A stretch of 64,000 nucleotides of DNA from assembly GCA_029265125.1 (NCBI GenBank), contig JAJUJX010000015.1, positions 748-64,747 of the forward strand. The letters run 5' to 3'. How positions within the stretch are numbered: the stretch's first letter is position 1; each line of letters begins with the position of its first letter. The notes under the pieces were generated by a model. The model did no database searches and was not told where the DNA came from. It saw nothing but the letters and a program-made list of their open reading frames with translations. The position numbers were made by a program, and so were the translations under genes. Positions 17,186 through 26,346 of this stretch are shown here, in pieces. This stretch comes from Tolumonas sp. (GTDB lineage Bacteria; Pseudomonadota; Gammaproteobacteria; Enterobacterales; Aeromonadaceae).

Positions 17186-19066
17186 TTATTTCTTCTGTGG
17201 CAGTTCCATGCTGCCTTTAACAGCAATACCAGTTGGTTCGAAGTCCAGCCCGGTCATCAATCTGACTCCACGCATTTCTTCCAGCATAGTAATAACCTGT
17301 TTTACTTCCTGTTGTTCGCCAGTGGCGTTGGATCCGGTTGCGGTAGCTTCAGCTGAAGATGGTACAACTGTCATATCAGCGCCTGAGGTGGCTTGCTCCG
17401 CATCCTGAGCACTTTCTGCAGCTTTATTCGCCTGCTCGAGCTGCTTCTCACCAAACTGAGCCATATCTGCGAGTAAGCCGTAATCCAGCCCTAACTGATA
17501 GAAACCATTGGCTGCCAGCGGTTGTTTAGCCAGAGAAGCAGCCAGTTTGGCTCCTGATTCGCCAGTAAATACGGTGATATGCTGACCATATAGCCCCAGT
17601 TTAATTTTGTCTGGCAGAGGTAAAACCGGTGGAATAGGCAAATCAACGCTCTGACCATCAGCAGGCAACTTAACCATGTTGGCTAATTCTGGGTCTGCCA
17701 TACTGAGCATTCCCCATAACTGAGTCGGATTTTTGCCTGATACTGAGGCTACAAACGACAGCTTTTCAACAGCAGCAGGCATATCAGCTGCATCATCTTT
17801 CAGCTTCAGTTCTTGCAAGTTGAAACTGACGCCCTGTAGACCTTGAACCATTGCTGTGCCCATAGCCAGCATGGATGGATTAGTCATTTTCAGACTGTTC
17901 TGGACATCTTTCAGTGATGGGCAAGTGACCGGTGCTTGTGATGCGCGGGTCCATAAATCAGTAATCACAGGAGCCAGCTCATCAACATTCAGACCCACTG
18001 CAATTTTTGCCAAAGATTTATCGTCTTTACCGTAATCAGGAATGAAACCACGCAGCTTCTGCAATGCAGTCATGGTTGCAGTATCTTTAGATTCAATTTT
18101 GAAAATACTGTCAAATTTTGCAGGGTTGCTTTTGGTATCAAGATTTGTGTAGCCAAAGACTTCTCTTGGCCAGAGGGCAGCGATACCTTCGATATCTTTC
18201 TGACATTCAGGTGTGCGGTAGTCAGCCAGACTCTTGGTTGTTTCACCTTCGCTGACTTTATCCAGTAATTTAGCCAGAGAGCTGTCGGCCCGGGTTAATG
18301 TTTTGATTAGCTGTTCGTTGTTGATAAAACCAAGCGAATGTTTACGGAATCCGTATTCCTGTACCAGCTTATCCAGAGTGCCTTCCTGCTGGATTGATTT
18401 AGCTGGCTTAGCAACACCGAATGCAATTGACAGATCATCCTGTGGTGCCAGATCGCCAAGATCCAGTGTCAGCACGGCAAATCCGTCTTTTTTCCCGATT
18501 GCGAATGCAACAGGGTGCTTATCTTTATTAAAAAAGTAGCGCTTATAACTAAACTCTTTAATTTTTGCATCTTCTGCTTTTACTTTTGAGCGTAATTCAG
18601 CTGATGCAATAAATTTGTCGAAATTAGCTTCATTTTCTAATTTAAAACGTAATACAGGTAATGCTCCAACAGTATAAAAAGCAGCATCTGATTTATCAGC
18701 AAGACCTAAATCCTGAGGATTAATTGTTCCTTTGGTGAGCAAGGTCACATATTCAGCATAAAGGCCAAAAATAAATTTTAAACCGTCATTCCATTCTTCC
18801 GGTTTAGCTTCAATTTCTTTTTGTATACGTTCAATTTCCTGGAGTGACGGTTTGGCGCTACCTGCAAATATCTGTGAAAAGCGGGCCTGAAGAGGAGAAA
18901 TGGTTTCCTGCCATGACGCAGGCTCTAAATCACCCATAAATACCAACGTGTCAGCAGGAACATAAGCAAGACTGCCTGCGGTATTATCTGTCTGCTGTTG
19001 AATCGCGTAGTAAGCACCTGCACCAATTGCAGCCGCAATAGCTGCATATAAAATCCCGTTTTTCAT
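17186..19066 (-). CDS. Hypothetical membrane-anchored periplasmic protein
   Basis: The 626-aa product has one N-terminal TM/signal-anchor (ILYAAIAAAIGAGAYYAI). I recognise no catalytic motif, and there is an acidic/Ala-rich low-complexity stretch near the C-terminus. Confidence 0.6.
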   Translation of the reverse strand: MKNGILYAAIAAAIGAGAYYAIQQQTDNTAGSLAYVPADTLVFMGDLEPASWQETISPLQARFSQIFAGSAKPSLQEIERIQKEIEAKPEEWNDGLKFIFGLYAEYVTLLTKGTINPQDLGLADKSDAAFYTVGALPVLRFKLENEANFDKFIASAELRSKVKAEDAKIKEFSYKRYFFNKDKHPVAFAIGKKDGFAVLTLDLGDLAPQDDLSIAFGVAKPAKSIQQEGTLDKLVQEYGFRKHSLGFINNEQLIKTLTRADSSLAKLLDKVSEGETTKSLADYRTPECQKDIEGIAALWPREVFGYTNLDTKSNPAKFDSIFKIESKDTATMTALQKLRGFIPDYGKDDKSLAKIAVGLNVDELAPVITDLWTRASQAPVTCPSLKDVQNSLKMTNPSMLAMGTAMVQGLQGVSFNLQELKLKDDAADMPAAVEKLSFVASVSGKNPTQLWGMLSMADPELANMVKLPADGQSVDLPIPPVLPLPDKIKLGLYGQHITVFTGESGAKLAASLAKQPLAANGFYQLGLDYGLLADMAQFGEKQLEQANKAAESAQDAEQATSGADMTVVPSSAEATATGSNATGEQQEVKQVITMLEEMRGVRLMTGLDFEPTGIAVKGSMELPQKK

Positions 19067-19147
19067 CTTTGTTATCCTAAGTTGGTTAAAAAAACTAAAT
19101 GCCAGTCAATTGTAAAAGAAATATTATTTTTTTCATCATTGTTTTAA

Positions 19148-19175
19148 TTGACATCGGCTTGGAATGCTTTAGATT
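19148..19175 (+). promoter_or_regulatory. Candidate sigma-70 promoter for the csp gene, giving a ~130-nt 5' UTR
   Basis: TTGACA-16 nt-TAGATT. A long leader is typical of cspA-family genes. Confidence 0.35.
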
Positions 19176-19315
19176 GGTATCAACTGATAGTGCGGTAGCG
19201 CTTACGCGACACACGGCGTCATTTCCTACAAGAAAGTCATCGTTGTGCCTTTAAGTAAACCCCTTTCAGCGTTAATGGCCGAAAGGCTCAAGTATTTTGT
19301 GTTAGGAAATGTGTT

Positions 19316-19522
19316 ATGTCCGTACGTACTGGCAAAGTTAAATGGTTCAACGAAGCTAAAGGTTTTGGTTTTATTCAGCAGGATGAAGGTCCGGATGTGT
19401 TTGTTCACTTCCGTGCTATCAACTCTACCGGTTTCAAAACCCTGGCTGAAGGCCAACGCGTTCAGTTCACTGTGACTCAAGGCCAGAAAGGCCCACAGGC
19501 TGAAAACGTAACTGTACTGTAA
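19316..19522 (+). CDS. Cold-shock protein, CspA family
   Basis: The 68-aa product has RNP1/RNP2 motifs [12 protein letters not shown] and DVFVHF. Confidence 0.92.
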   Translation: MSVRTGKVKWFNEAKGFGFIQQDEGPDVFVHFRAINSTGFKTLAEGQRVQFTVTQGQKGPQAENVTVL

Positions 19523-19540
19523 TTTTTACAGAATCAGATA

Positions 19541-19566
19541 AAAAGCGCCTTGGGGCGCTTTTTTTA
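19541..19566. terminator. Bidirectional terminator between csp and mdlB
   Basis: aaaaGCGCCttggGGCGCttttttt, with A/T tracts on both sides. Confidence 0.85.
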
Positions 19567-19588
19567 TACCTGAAAAATGTCGGCGTAG

Positions 19589-21313
19589 CTAATTGAGTTG
19601 CATGTTCTGTAGTTGATATAGCGTGGCGTAATGTTTATTGGCTGCCAGCAAGGTGGAATGGTTTCCTCGCTCGATGATTTTTCCATGTTGCAATACAAGA
19701 ATTTCGTCAGCGTCCACAATTGTTGAGAGTCGGTGAGCTACTATCAGCCAGCTATGCTGGTTCCGGATTGATGCGATTGCCTGCTGCAAATGATGTTCAG
19801 TCTGAGAGTCCACATTTGCTGTTGCTTCATCCAGGATCAGAATCGGCGGCCGAGTGACGAGAGCTCTGGCAAAAGAGAGTAACTGCCGTTGTCCGGCTGA
19901 GAGATTTTTTCCTCCTTCCTGTAACTGTGCCGATAATGCATCTTCCTTATTCATACTTTCAAACCATTGCACCTGTGATAAAACTTGAAGAATGACTTCA
20001 TCAGTAATGTCATTACGCCCGAAGCGGATGTTGTCTGCGACTGTGCCGGCAAAGATGAATGGATCTTGCTGAATAACGCCTATTTGACGACGAAGAGCAC
20101 TCAGACTCCATTTATCTATTGTGTGCGCTCCGATAAGAATCTGTCCCGATGTTGCGGGGTACATTCCGCTAAGTAGGTGCAGAATGGTCGATTTTCCACT
20201 GCCTGTGTGGCCTACCAGTGCAGTCATTTTCCCGGGGGGAAGAATAAAACTGATGTCTTGTAATATCAGTTCACCGTCGTGCTGATAACGAAAATTGACA
20301 TGGCTAAAGCTGATTTCCCCGGTGATAGTTTGCTGATGAAGGCCGGAATTTTCTTTCGGTGTATCCAGCAGATTAAAAATACGATCACCAGCAATCAACG
20401 ATTGCTGGATCTGTGTAAGCTGATTTGTCAGCTCATTTAATGGTTCGATCATGCGCCCCATGTAACTGACAAATGCATAAATGACACCTACCTGAATGAG
20501 CGTTGGGCCTTGAATAGCGAACCAGCTTAGTAACGAACACAGGGTGATGATATAGAGTAAATCAATCATAGGGCGTAGCAATACACCATTAAGCTGTAAC
20601 ACCTTCATTCGTGATACCAAATAATGCTGATTGCTGGCGGCAAAATTCTCTGCAAACCGTGCTTCCTGCACCAGTGACTGAATGATGGGTATCCCTTGCA
20701 GAGTTTCACTGAGCTGGTGATTCAAGTCAGACAGATATTGACGGGCCCGGCGAGACCAGGGCATGGATAATCGCTGGTAGAGTTGCATTATGATGAAGGT
20801 GCTGATCAGCATCAGAAGAATCAGTGATGCCAATTGCCAGTTAAGCCAGAACATTCCACCTAATATACCTGTCAGTAGTACGATTTTCTGGATGGATTGG
20901 CCAATAACCTGAATGTATAGCTGTAAAAGGGTTTCTGTGTCGTTACCGATGGTTGAAATTAAATGTCCGGTCTGATTTTTGTCGAGATAACTGGCGGGTA
21001 GTCTGAGCGCGGCAGCGAATGTTTCCTGACGAAGTTTTTTTATGATGGCCTGAGCAACCCGGCTGAACAGTAAGGCTTGTTTATAGCTACTTAATGCAGC
21101 AATACCTTGTAAAAGAAGATAAGCGGAAATGAATATGGTTATTTCCTCAGCAATCCATATTTTGGCTGAGAGCCGGGTATCAATGAAATATTTGATTAAT
21201 ATCGGGCCGCTGATCTCTGCGATGGCAGACAAGAACAGAAACACCAGCCCACCGGAAATAAGTTTGAGGTGTGGACGGCAGTAAGTGAGCAGACGTAATA
21301 ACGTTTTATTCAT
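19589..21313 (-). CDS. mdlB: ABC exporter, fused permease/ATPase, MdlB-like
   Basis: The 574-aa product has a 6-TM domain plus an NBD (GHTGSGKST, LSAGQRQLLSFARAL, ILILDEAT). Its start overlaps the mdlA stop by 8 nt. Confidence 0.8.
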   Translation of the reverse strand: MNKTLLRLLTYCRPHLKLISGGLVFLFLSAIAEISGPILIKYFIDTRLSAKIWIAEEITIFISAYLLLQGIAALSSYKQALLFSRVAQAIIKKLRQETFAAALRLPASYLDKNQTGHLISTIGNDTETLLQLYIQVIGQSIQKIVLLTGILGGMFWLNWQLASLILLMLISTFIIMQLYQRLSMPWSRRARQYLSDLNHQLSETLQGIPIIQSLVQEARFAENFAASNQHYLVSRMKVLQLNGVLLRPMIDLLYIITLCSLLSWFAIQGPTLIQVGVIYAFVSYMGRMIEPLNELTNQLTQIQQSLIAGDRIFNLLDTPKENSGLHQQTITGEISFSHVNFRYQHDGELILQDISFILPPGKMTALVGHTGSGKSTILHLLSGMYPATSGQILIGAHTIDKWSLSALRRQIGVIQQDPFIFAGTVADNIRFGRNDITDEVILQVLSQVQWFESMNKEDALSAQLQEGGKNLSAGQRQLLSFARALVTRPPILILDEATANVDSQTEHHLQQAIASIRNQHSWLIVAHRLSTIVDADEILVLQHGKIIERGNHSTLLAANKHYATLYQLQNMQLN

Positions 21314-23054
21314 TTTCTGTCAGTGCCTGTTCCAATTGCTGGTAACGCCAGGTTTGGGCATACCAGTTTTCTGTTTCCAGTAATGACTGGTGTGTTCCGG
21401 ATTCTTTTTGTTTGCCTTGCTCTAATACTAGGATCTGAGAAGCCCTTTCCAGACCCTGCAGACGATGAGTAATCATCAGAATGGTTGTCGCCGGTGAAGT
21501 GGTTTGCAGATTCCGTAGGATCTTTGTCGATGTTTTGGCATCAACGGCAGAGAGTGCGTCGTCTAGCAGCATGTATGGCCGCTGAGTCAGATATGCACGG
21601 GCCAGCGCCAGTCGCTGTTTTTGTCCTCCTGACAGCGTGATACCACGTTCGCCGACAGCGGTCTGATATCCTTGCGGTAACCTAAGAATATCCTGATGAA
21701 TTTCTGCCAGTTTGGCTGCAGTAATGATCTCTGCCTCTGATGCATCAGGGGTTCCTAATGCTATGTTCTCAGCAACTGACAGCGAAAACAGGTAAGGTTC
21801 CTGAGGCACATAAGCATACTGTTGACGTAGTAATGCCAGTTCCCAGTTTTTCAAATCTAATTCGTTAAGCGTAATTGAACCCTGAAGGGGGTCGGCAAAC
21901 CGCTGGATGAGATTAAATAATGTACTTTTGCCTGCTCCAGTAGAACCAACAATTCCGATAAATTCTCCTGGATGCACATGCAAACAGATATTTTGCAGTG
22001 CAATTCCGTTTTCATGGGCAAACTGCTTGATGTTGATGCTAAGACCATGAGAATCCTCTGTGGAGGACATCTTGCCGGAAATCAGTCGAGATTGAGTTGA
22101 AAGTATTGCTTCAATACGCTGATAGGCTGCATTACCTCTTTCCAGAATATTAAACAGCCAGGCTATCGCAAACATAGGCCAGATCAGCTGTCCCAGGTAA
22201 AGACTAAAACTGGTGAGCTGACCGATGGTTAGCTGATTATGTAATACCAGCCAACTTCCGCCTGAAATCGCCAGCAGATAAGCACTGCCGATACAAAGAT
22301 AAATTACCGGATCAAATTTGGCATCAGCATGTGCAACCTGCATATTGGCCTGATTGGCCTGTTCAGCCTTTTGCTGCATTTGCTGCTCAGCATAATGCTC
22401 GGCGGCAAATAACCTCAATGTGCGCAGGCCGCTCATATTTTCGTGTGCAATATTGTTGACTTCTCCAAATGCGGCCTGAGCTTTTCCGAATGCGTGATGA
22501 ATTTCCCTGCCTATACGGGTCACCATAAAAGCCATGGCCGGAAGCGGTAAAAGTGCAAGTAAAGTCAGTGAAACGGAATATTGGGTGATCATTATTCCAA
22601 GAACCAGACAACCCATAAATAAGGAGTCAACTAGTGTCAGTATGCCTTCTCCGGCTGTCATTTCGACGGCCTGAATATCATTACTGACATGGGCGATGAG
22701 TTCACCAGTTCGATGCTTTTTAAAGAACGACGGATCCATAGAAAGATAGTGCTGATACAACCGCTGGCGAAGCAGATAGCCGAGCTTATAGGCAGCACCA
22801 TACAGCGCTACACGCCATATATATCGGAGCACATATACCAGAAAACCGATGGCAAGCAGCGTGATCAGATATGGCTGGAACCGTGGCCAGATAACAGAAT
22901 ATTCATTGGTGCTAATGACTATGTCTATCATATTGCCAATAATCGCCGGGACTCGGGTTTGGATCACGGCGATCAGACAAAGCACACTCACTGTCAGCAA
23001 GTAGCGTTGCCAGTGAGCACGAAAAAACCAGGCCAGCTTTCGGATCAGACTCAT
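21306..23054 (-). CDS. mdlA: ABC exporter, fused permease/ATPase, MdlA-like
   Basis: The 582-aa product is colinear with E. coli MdlA (HRTGELIA..SND....AGEGILTLVDSL.MGC ... GSTGAGKSTL ... LSGGQKQR). Confidence 0.8.
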   Translation of the reverse strand: MSLIRKLAWFFRAHWQRYLLTVSVLCLIAVIQTRVPAIIGNMIDIVISTNEYSVIWPRFQPYLITLLAIGFLVYVLRYIWRVALYGAAYKLGYLLRQRLYQHYLSMDPSFFKKHRTGELIAHVSNDIQAVEMTAGEGILTLVDSLFMGCLVLGIMITQYSVSLTLLALLPLPAMAFMVTRIGREIHHAFGKAQAAFGEVNNIAHENMSGLRTLRLFAAEHYAEQQMQQKAEQANQANMQVAHADAKFDPVIYLCIGSAYLLAISGGSWLVLHNQLTIGQLTSFSLYLGQLIWPMFAIAWLFNILERGNAAYQRIEAILSTQSRLISGKMSSTEDSHGLSINIKQFAHENGIALQNICLHVHPGEFIGIVGSTGAGKSTLFNLIQRFADPLQGSITLNELDLKNWELALLRQQYAYVPQEPYLFSLSVAENIALGTPDASEAEIITAAKLAEIHQDILRLPQGYQTAVGERGITLSGGQKQRLALARAYLTQRPYMLLDDALSAVDAKTSTKILRNLQTTSPATTILMITHRLQGLERASQILVLEQGKQKESGTHQSLLETENWYAQTWRYQQLEQALTENE

Positions 23055-23848
23055 GGTTTCTTATTGGAGAGCAGCAAATCGCAGCGTGCAGGCAAATCAG
23101 GCATTGGATTGGCGACCGGTTTGCTGCTTACCATTGCCGGTTTGTTTAGCCAGGACGCGAGTTCCGCGCCACACCCATTTCCTGCCGGAAAAGGTTTTTG
23201 TGATTCACAATCTTTACTGCCGACAGGGCAGTGCAACCGTACATGAAAGTGAGCACTATGACCAAACCAAGGGCGTAACTTCCGAAGCCAGGCGGGATCT
23301 GATGCGCTGAACTGATCGCACATGGCTTTCTTTATTGGTGGATTAACAAAAATACGTTCAACACGTGGGTCTTGTGCGGCCAGTTTCAGTAATGTCATCT
23401 GCTGAGGGCCAAAATTGCTGTTTATGGTATTTTTCTGAAAATTGACCATATCTAAAGGCTTCAATGCATTGCGTTCTTTAGCACTTAACTTTTTATTGGC
23501 AAATTTGAACCAAAAATCGGTATCTAAACCACTTTGATGACTTCGGTGGCCACTGCTGAACGGACCACCTTTAGCCATTGCCATATCGCCCACCAGAATA
23601 TCAGGAAGCCCCATCTTTCTGGCTTGTCTTGCCAAGTCGAGAACATATTGCTCCATGACCGGATGTCCGTAAAACCGCTTTTGTCGCGGACGCAGGATCT
23701 GATAACCGGTTCCATGTTCCGGTAAGGCAACCGCTCCTTGCAGGCAACCGGCGGCATATCCACCGATTGCTTCCGCTGAACCAGCGCTGGGAGTGATCTG
23801 GTGAGCCCATGGGTTACTTATGGCTGCAACTAATATCCATTGATACAT
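23051..23848 (-). CDS. mepA: Penicillin-insensitive murein DD-endopeptidase
   Basis: It is colinear with E. coli MepA (GDM....GG.F..GH.SHQ.GLD.D ... RIFVNP.IK...C ... WLRK.RPWF.H..H.HVRL.CP). There is an ATGA overlap with the mdlA start. Confidence 0.9.
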   Translation of the reverse strand: MYQWILVAAISNPWAHQITPSAGSAEAIGGYAAGCLQGAVALPEHGTGYQILRPRQKRFYGHPVMEQYVLDLARQARKMGLPDILVGDMAMAKGGPFSSGHRSHQSGLDTDFWFKFANKKLSAKERNALKPLDMVNFQKNTINSNFGPQQMTLLKLAAQDPRVERIFVNPPIKKAMCDQFSASDPAWLRKLRPWFGHSAHFHVRLHCPVGSKDCESQKPFPAGNGCGAELASWLNKPAMVSSKPVANPMPDLPARCDLLLSNKKP

Positions 23849-23870
23849 GCGAATTCAGCTTTCCTGACGA

Positions 23871-24842
23871 TTAAGTAGTTTGCCAGACCATATTACCCGC
23901 TAATGTCGGGCTTTGGTCATATCCGGCAAGTGCCTTCCACAAGGGTAACAGGCTTTGTTCCATCGCTAAAGCGCGTTGCAGAGGAAACAAACCTAGCTCC
24001 AGTGCCTGCTGATCGGTCAAATCATGATTCTGATGATCGATCAGTGCCTTAGCAACTCGGTGGTTGGCTCTGATCCAAATCGCATCCTTGGCAGATTCGC
24101 CTTGTCCGTGGGGAATATCATCTATCATCAACGGTTCCATCCACCATTGTCGGTCTGGGCGGAATCCTCCGCGTAGCTGGTAGGCATTTTTACTGCCAAT
24201 CAATGTGATATCAAAATGAAGGCCTGGGTGTGGCCATGGGCAAAGCATCAGGTCAACCAGCGCATGCTGACACTCCAACTGGGCTGAAATATTACATCCT
24301 GTACCCTGGCGCGCCCCCAAAAATTGCATTTCACCAAAGAGGTGAGTCAGGAGTGAAAATGGATGGATCATATCCTCCATAAACCATTCTGTCGGGGTTT
24401 TAGGGTAGGGCAGATTTACACCCGCCACTACGGTAATACGCATTAAATCACCAAAATCACCACTAGCGATCAGTTGCTGGATCTGCTTTGCTGAATCAAG
24501 AAAGGGAAATGGAAAGCTGACATAACTGCGATCAGCGTTTAGAGATAAAAATTGTTTCTGATTATCTGGTGTTAGCCCCAAAGGTTTTTCGCACAATACA
24601 ATTTTGTCCTGGAGGGCAGTCAAATAACCAAGGTGGCTGGCGGTAGGTGTTGCGATTGCAACAACATCACAATCACGCAAAACTGATAATTCCGTACCAT
24701 GGTTGGGTATACCTTCTTCTTCGGCAATTCTGGCGACGATATCAGCATCATGTGCCATCATTGCAATCACATCACATCCGGCTTTTCTCAGCCCTTGAAC
24801 GTGAACTCTTCCCCAGTTTGTGCCAATAACACCTGCTTTCAT
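23871..24842 (-). CDS. Gfo/Idh/MocA family oxidoreductase
   Basis: It has an N-terminal Rossmann motif (MKAGVIGTNWG) and the EKP motif (LCEKPLG). It lies 22 nt upstream of mepA on the same strand. Confidence 0.75.
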   Translation of the reverse strand: MKAGVIGTNWGRVHVQGLRKAGCDVIAMMAHDADIVARIAEEEGIPNHGTELSVLRDCDVVAIATPTASHLGYLTALQDKIVLCEKPLGLTPDNQKQFLSLNADRSYVSFPFPFLDSAKQIQQLIASGDFGDLMRITVVAGVNLPYPKTPTEWFMEDMIHPFSLLTHLFGEMQFLGARQGTGCNISAQLECQHALVDLMLCPWPHPGLHFDITLIGSKNAYQLRGGFRPDRQWWMEPLMIDDIPHGQGESAKDAIWIRANHRVAKALIDHQNHDLTDQQALELGLFPLQRALAMEQSLLPLWKALAGYDQSPTLAGNMVWQTT

Positions 24843-24993
24843 GTTGTTATTCCTTATGAATAAGACTTTTTTCAGTGTACTCCGATGAGGGATTCATTTG
24901 TACGGTCTGTATTCATCGCATAAAATTAATATACGGTGTGAGAGAATGCGGTTTCTTATTGATCGGAAGCACTATCAAATCAAGGAGTCATTT

Positions 24994-25437
24994 ATGTTCA
25001 ATGAGTTTAAAAAGTTCGCGATGCGCGGGAATGTCGTTGACATGGCAATCGGTATTGTTATCGGCGCAGCATTCAGCGCGATTGTGAAGAGCATGGTGGA
25101 TGATGTACTGATGCCACCAATTGGTTTATTGCTGGGTGGTGTGGATTTTTCCGATTTCTTTATCGTATTAAAAGAAGGGGCTAAAGCTGCAGCACCATAT
25201 CACACACTGGCAGATGCAAAAGCGGCTGGTGCAGTAACACTGAATTTTGGGTTATTCGTTAACTCTGTGATCAGTTTTACCATTGTTGCTTTTGCCCTGT
25301 TTATGATTGTTAAAGGCATGAATAAATTACGTGCAACAGAAGAGCCAGCACCTGTGACGACTAAAAAATGTCCGCACTGCTGCTCTGACATAGCCTTAGA
25401 GGCAACTCGCTGTCCGCATTGTACCTCTGAGCTGTAG
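24994..25437 (+). CDS. mscL: Large-conductance mechanosensitive channel with a Cys4 C-terminal tail
   Basis: The ATG at 24994 is preceded by [52 protein letters not shown] is the canonical MscL N-terminus. The C-terminus reads [24 protein letters not shown]. Confidence 0.92.
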   Translation: MFNEFKKFAMRGNVVDMAIGIVIGAAFSAIVKSMVDDVLMPPIGLLLGGVDFSDFFIVLKEGAKAAAPYHTLADAKAAGAVTLNFGLFVNSVISFTIVAFALFMIVKGMNKLRATEEPAPVTTKKCPHCCSDIALEATRCPHCTSEL

Positions 25438-25440
25438 GTT

Positions 25441-25929
25441 CTATCGGCGCAGCTTGTTTAATAATCGGATTATATCATTCAGTATGCGATAACGTTGTAA
25501 TTCGGCTGGCCCGTAGCGGGTTGATAGGGTCGCCGGATTACTCCGTTGCTTGAGATAGCGGTTGATCTGAAGTTTATTGAATCCGCCAACTTTAAAGATC
25601 ATTGGCAACAGCTGCTGGATATTTTCTTCACTGAAACCAAGGGCTTCATTATATTCCTGATCGTCAGGCAGGTTAATTTTTACGCTAACATGTCTGATCT
25701 TCTGCTGTTCTTCCAGATATTCAAGCCATTGCTCAATATAAACGGGTTTTGTTCCGGCCAACAGATTAAAAAAGCCGCCACTGTCGCTGCGACAGCCGCT
25801 GAGCAGTAAACAGGCAAACTCATCATCGTTGCATGAGAATTTGACATCCCCCTGAATAGACCAGTCGACAGAAAGCACTGAAATTTCAGCTTGTTCACCA
25901 TTTAACCCATTACAATAAAAACGAAACAA
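25441..25929 (-). CDS. Hypothetical protein (162 aa)
   Basis: It has a TTG start 7 nt after GGAG and no motif that I recognise. It lies 82 nt downstream of the thioredoxin gene on the same strand, and its stop is 3 nt from the mscL stop. Confidence 0.5.
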   Translation of the reverse strand: MFRFYCNGLNGEQAEISVLSVDWSIQGDVKFSCNDDEFACLLLSGCRSDSGGFFNLLAGTKPVYIEQWLEYLEEQQKIRHVSVKINLPDDQEYNEALGFSEENIQQLLPMIFKVGGFNKLQINRYLKQRSNPATLSTRYGPAELQRYRILNDIIRLLNKLRR

Positions 25930-26011
25930 AACAGCACTCCGGCAGACACTCAGCCTGTGATTTTACCATTATCTTTGAGCTGTTAATAAGTTATCGTTCA
26001 GATGTTAAATG

Positions 26012-26335
26012 TTATGTACAAATTTTCGCTAATGCTTCCTGAATCACGGAAGTGTTATCCGGTCGGACAACTCTGGTTATTTCTTTACCATCCAGAAGAA
26101 AAATCAGGGTTGGCCATAACTTGACTCTAAAGTATCTGCCAAGGGGCTTACCTGAACTATCAGCAATATACCAATGGGGTATTTCCGGATGTTGTTCCAT
26201 CGCGGCAACGATGAATGGCTGCGCCCTTTGGCAGAGCCCACACCAATCATTGCCAAACTGAATAACAGCCGGACCACTGAGAGTTTCAACTTCAGATGAT
26301 GTTGGTTCTTTTTCCTCATACCGAGATATGGTCAT
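26012..26335 (-). CDS. Thioredoxin-family protein with a WCGLC active site
   Basis: It shows a thioredoxin fold pattern (VIQFGNDWCGLCQ ... WPTLIFL.DGKE). The ATG at 26335 is preceded by AAGGAG, which overlaps the stop codon of the upstream pyruvate-kinase-like gene. Confidence 0.8.
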   Translation of the reverse strand: MTISRYEEKEPTSSEVETLSGPAVIQFGNDWCGLCQRAQPFIVAAMEQHPEIPHWYIADSSGKPLGRYFRVKLWPTLIFLLDGKEITRVVRPDNTSVIQEALAKICT

Positions 26336-26346
26336 CAATTACTCCT

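Noticed and set aside
22689-23246. A 185-aa ORF antisense to the mdlA/mepA junction.
   Set aside because: It lies opposite two strongly conserved genes and has no independent support.
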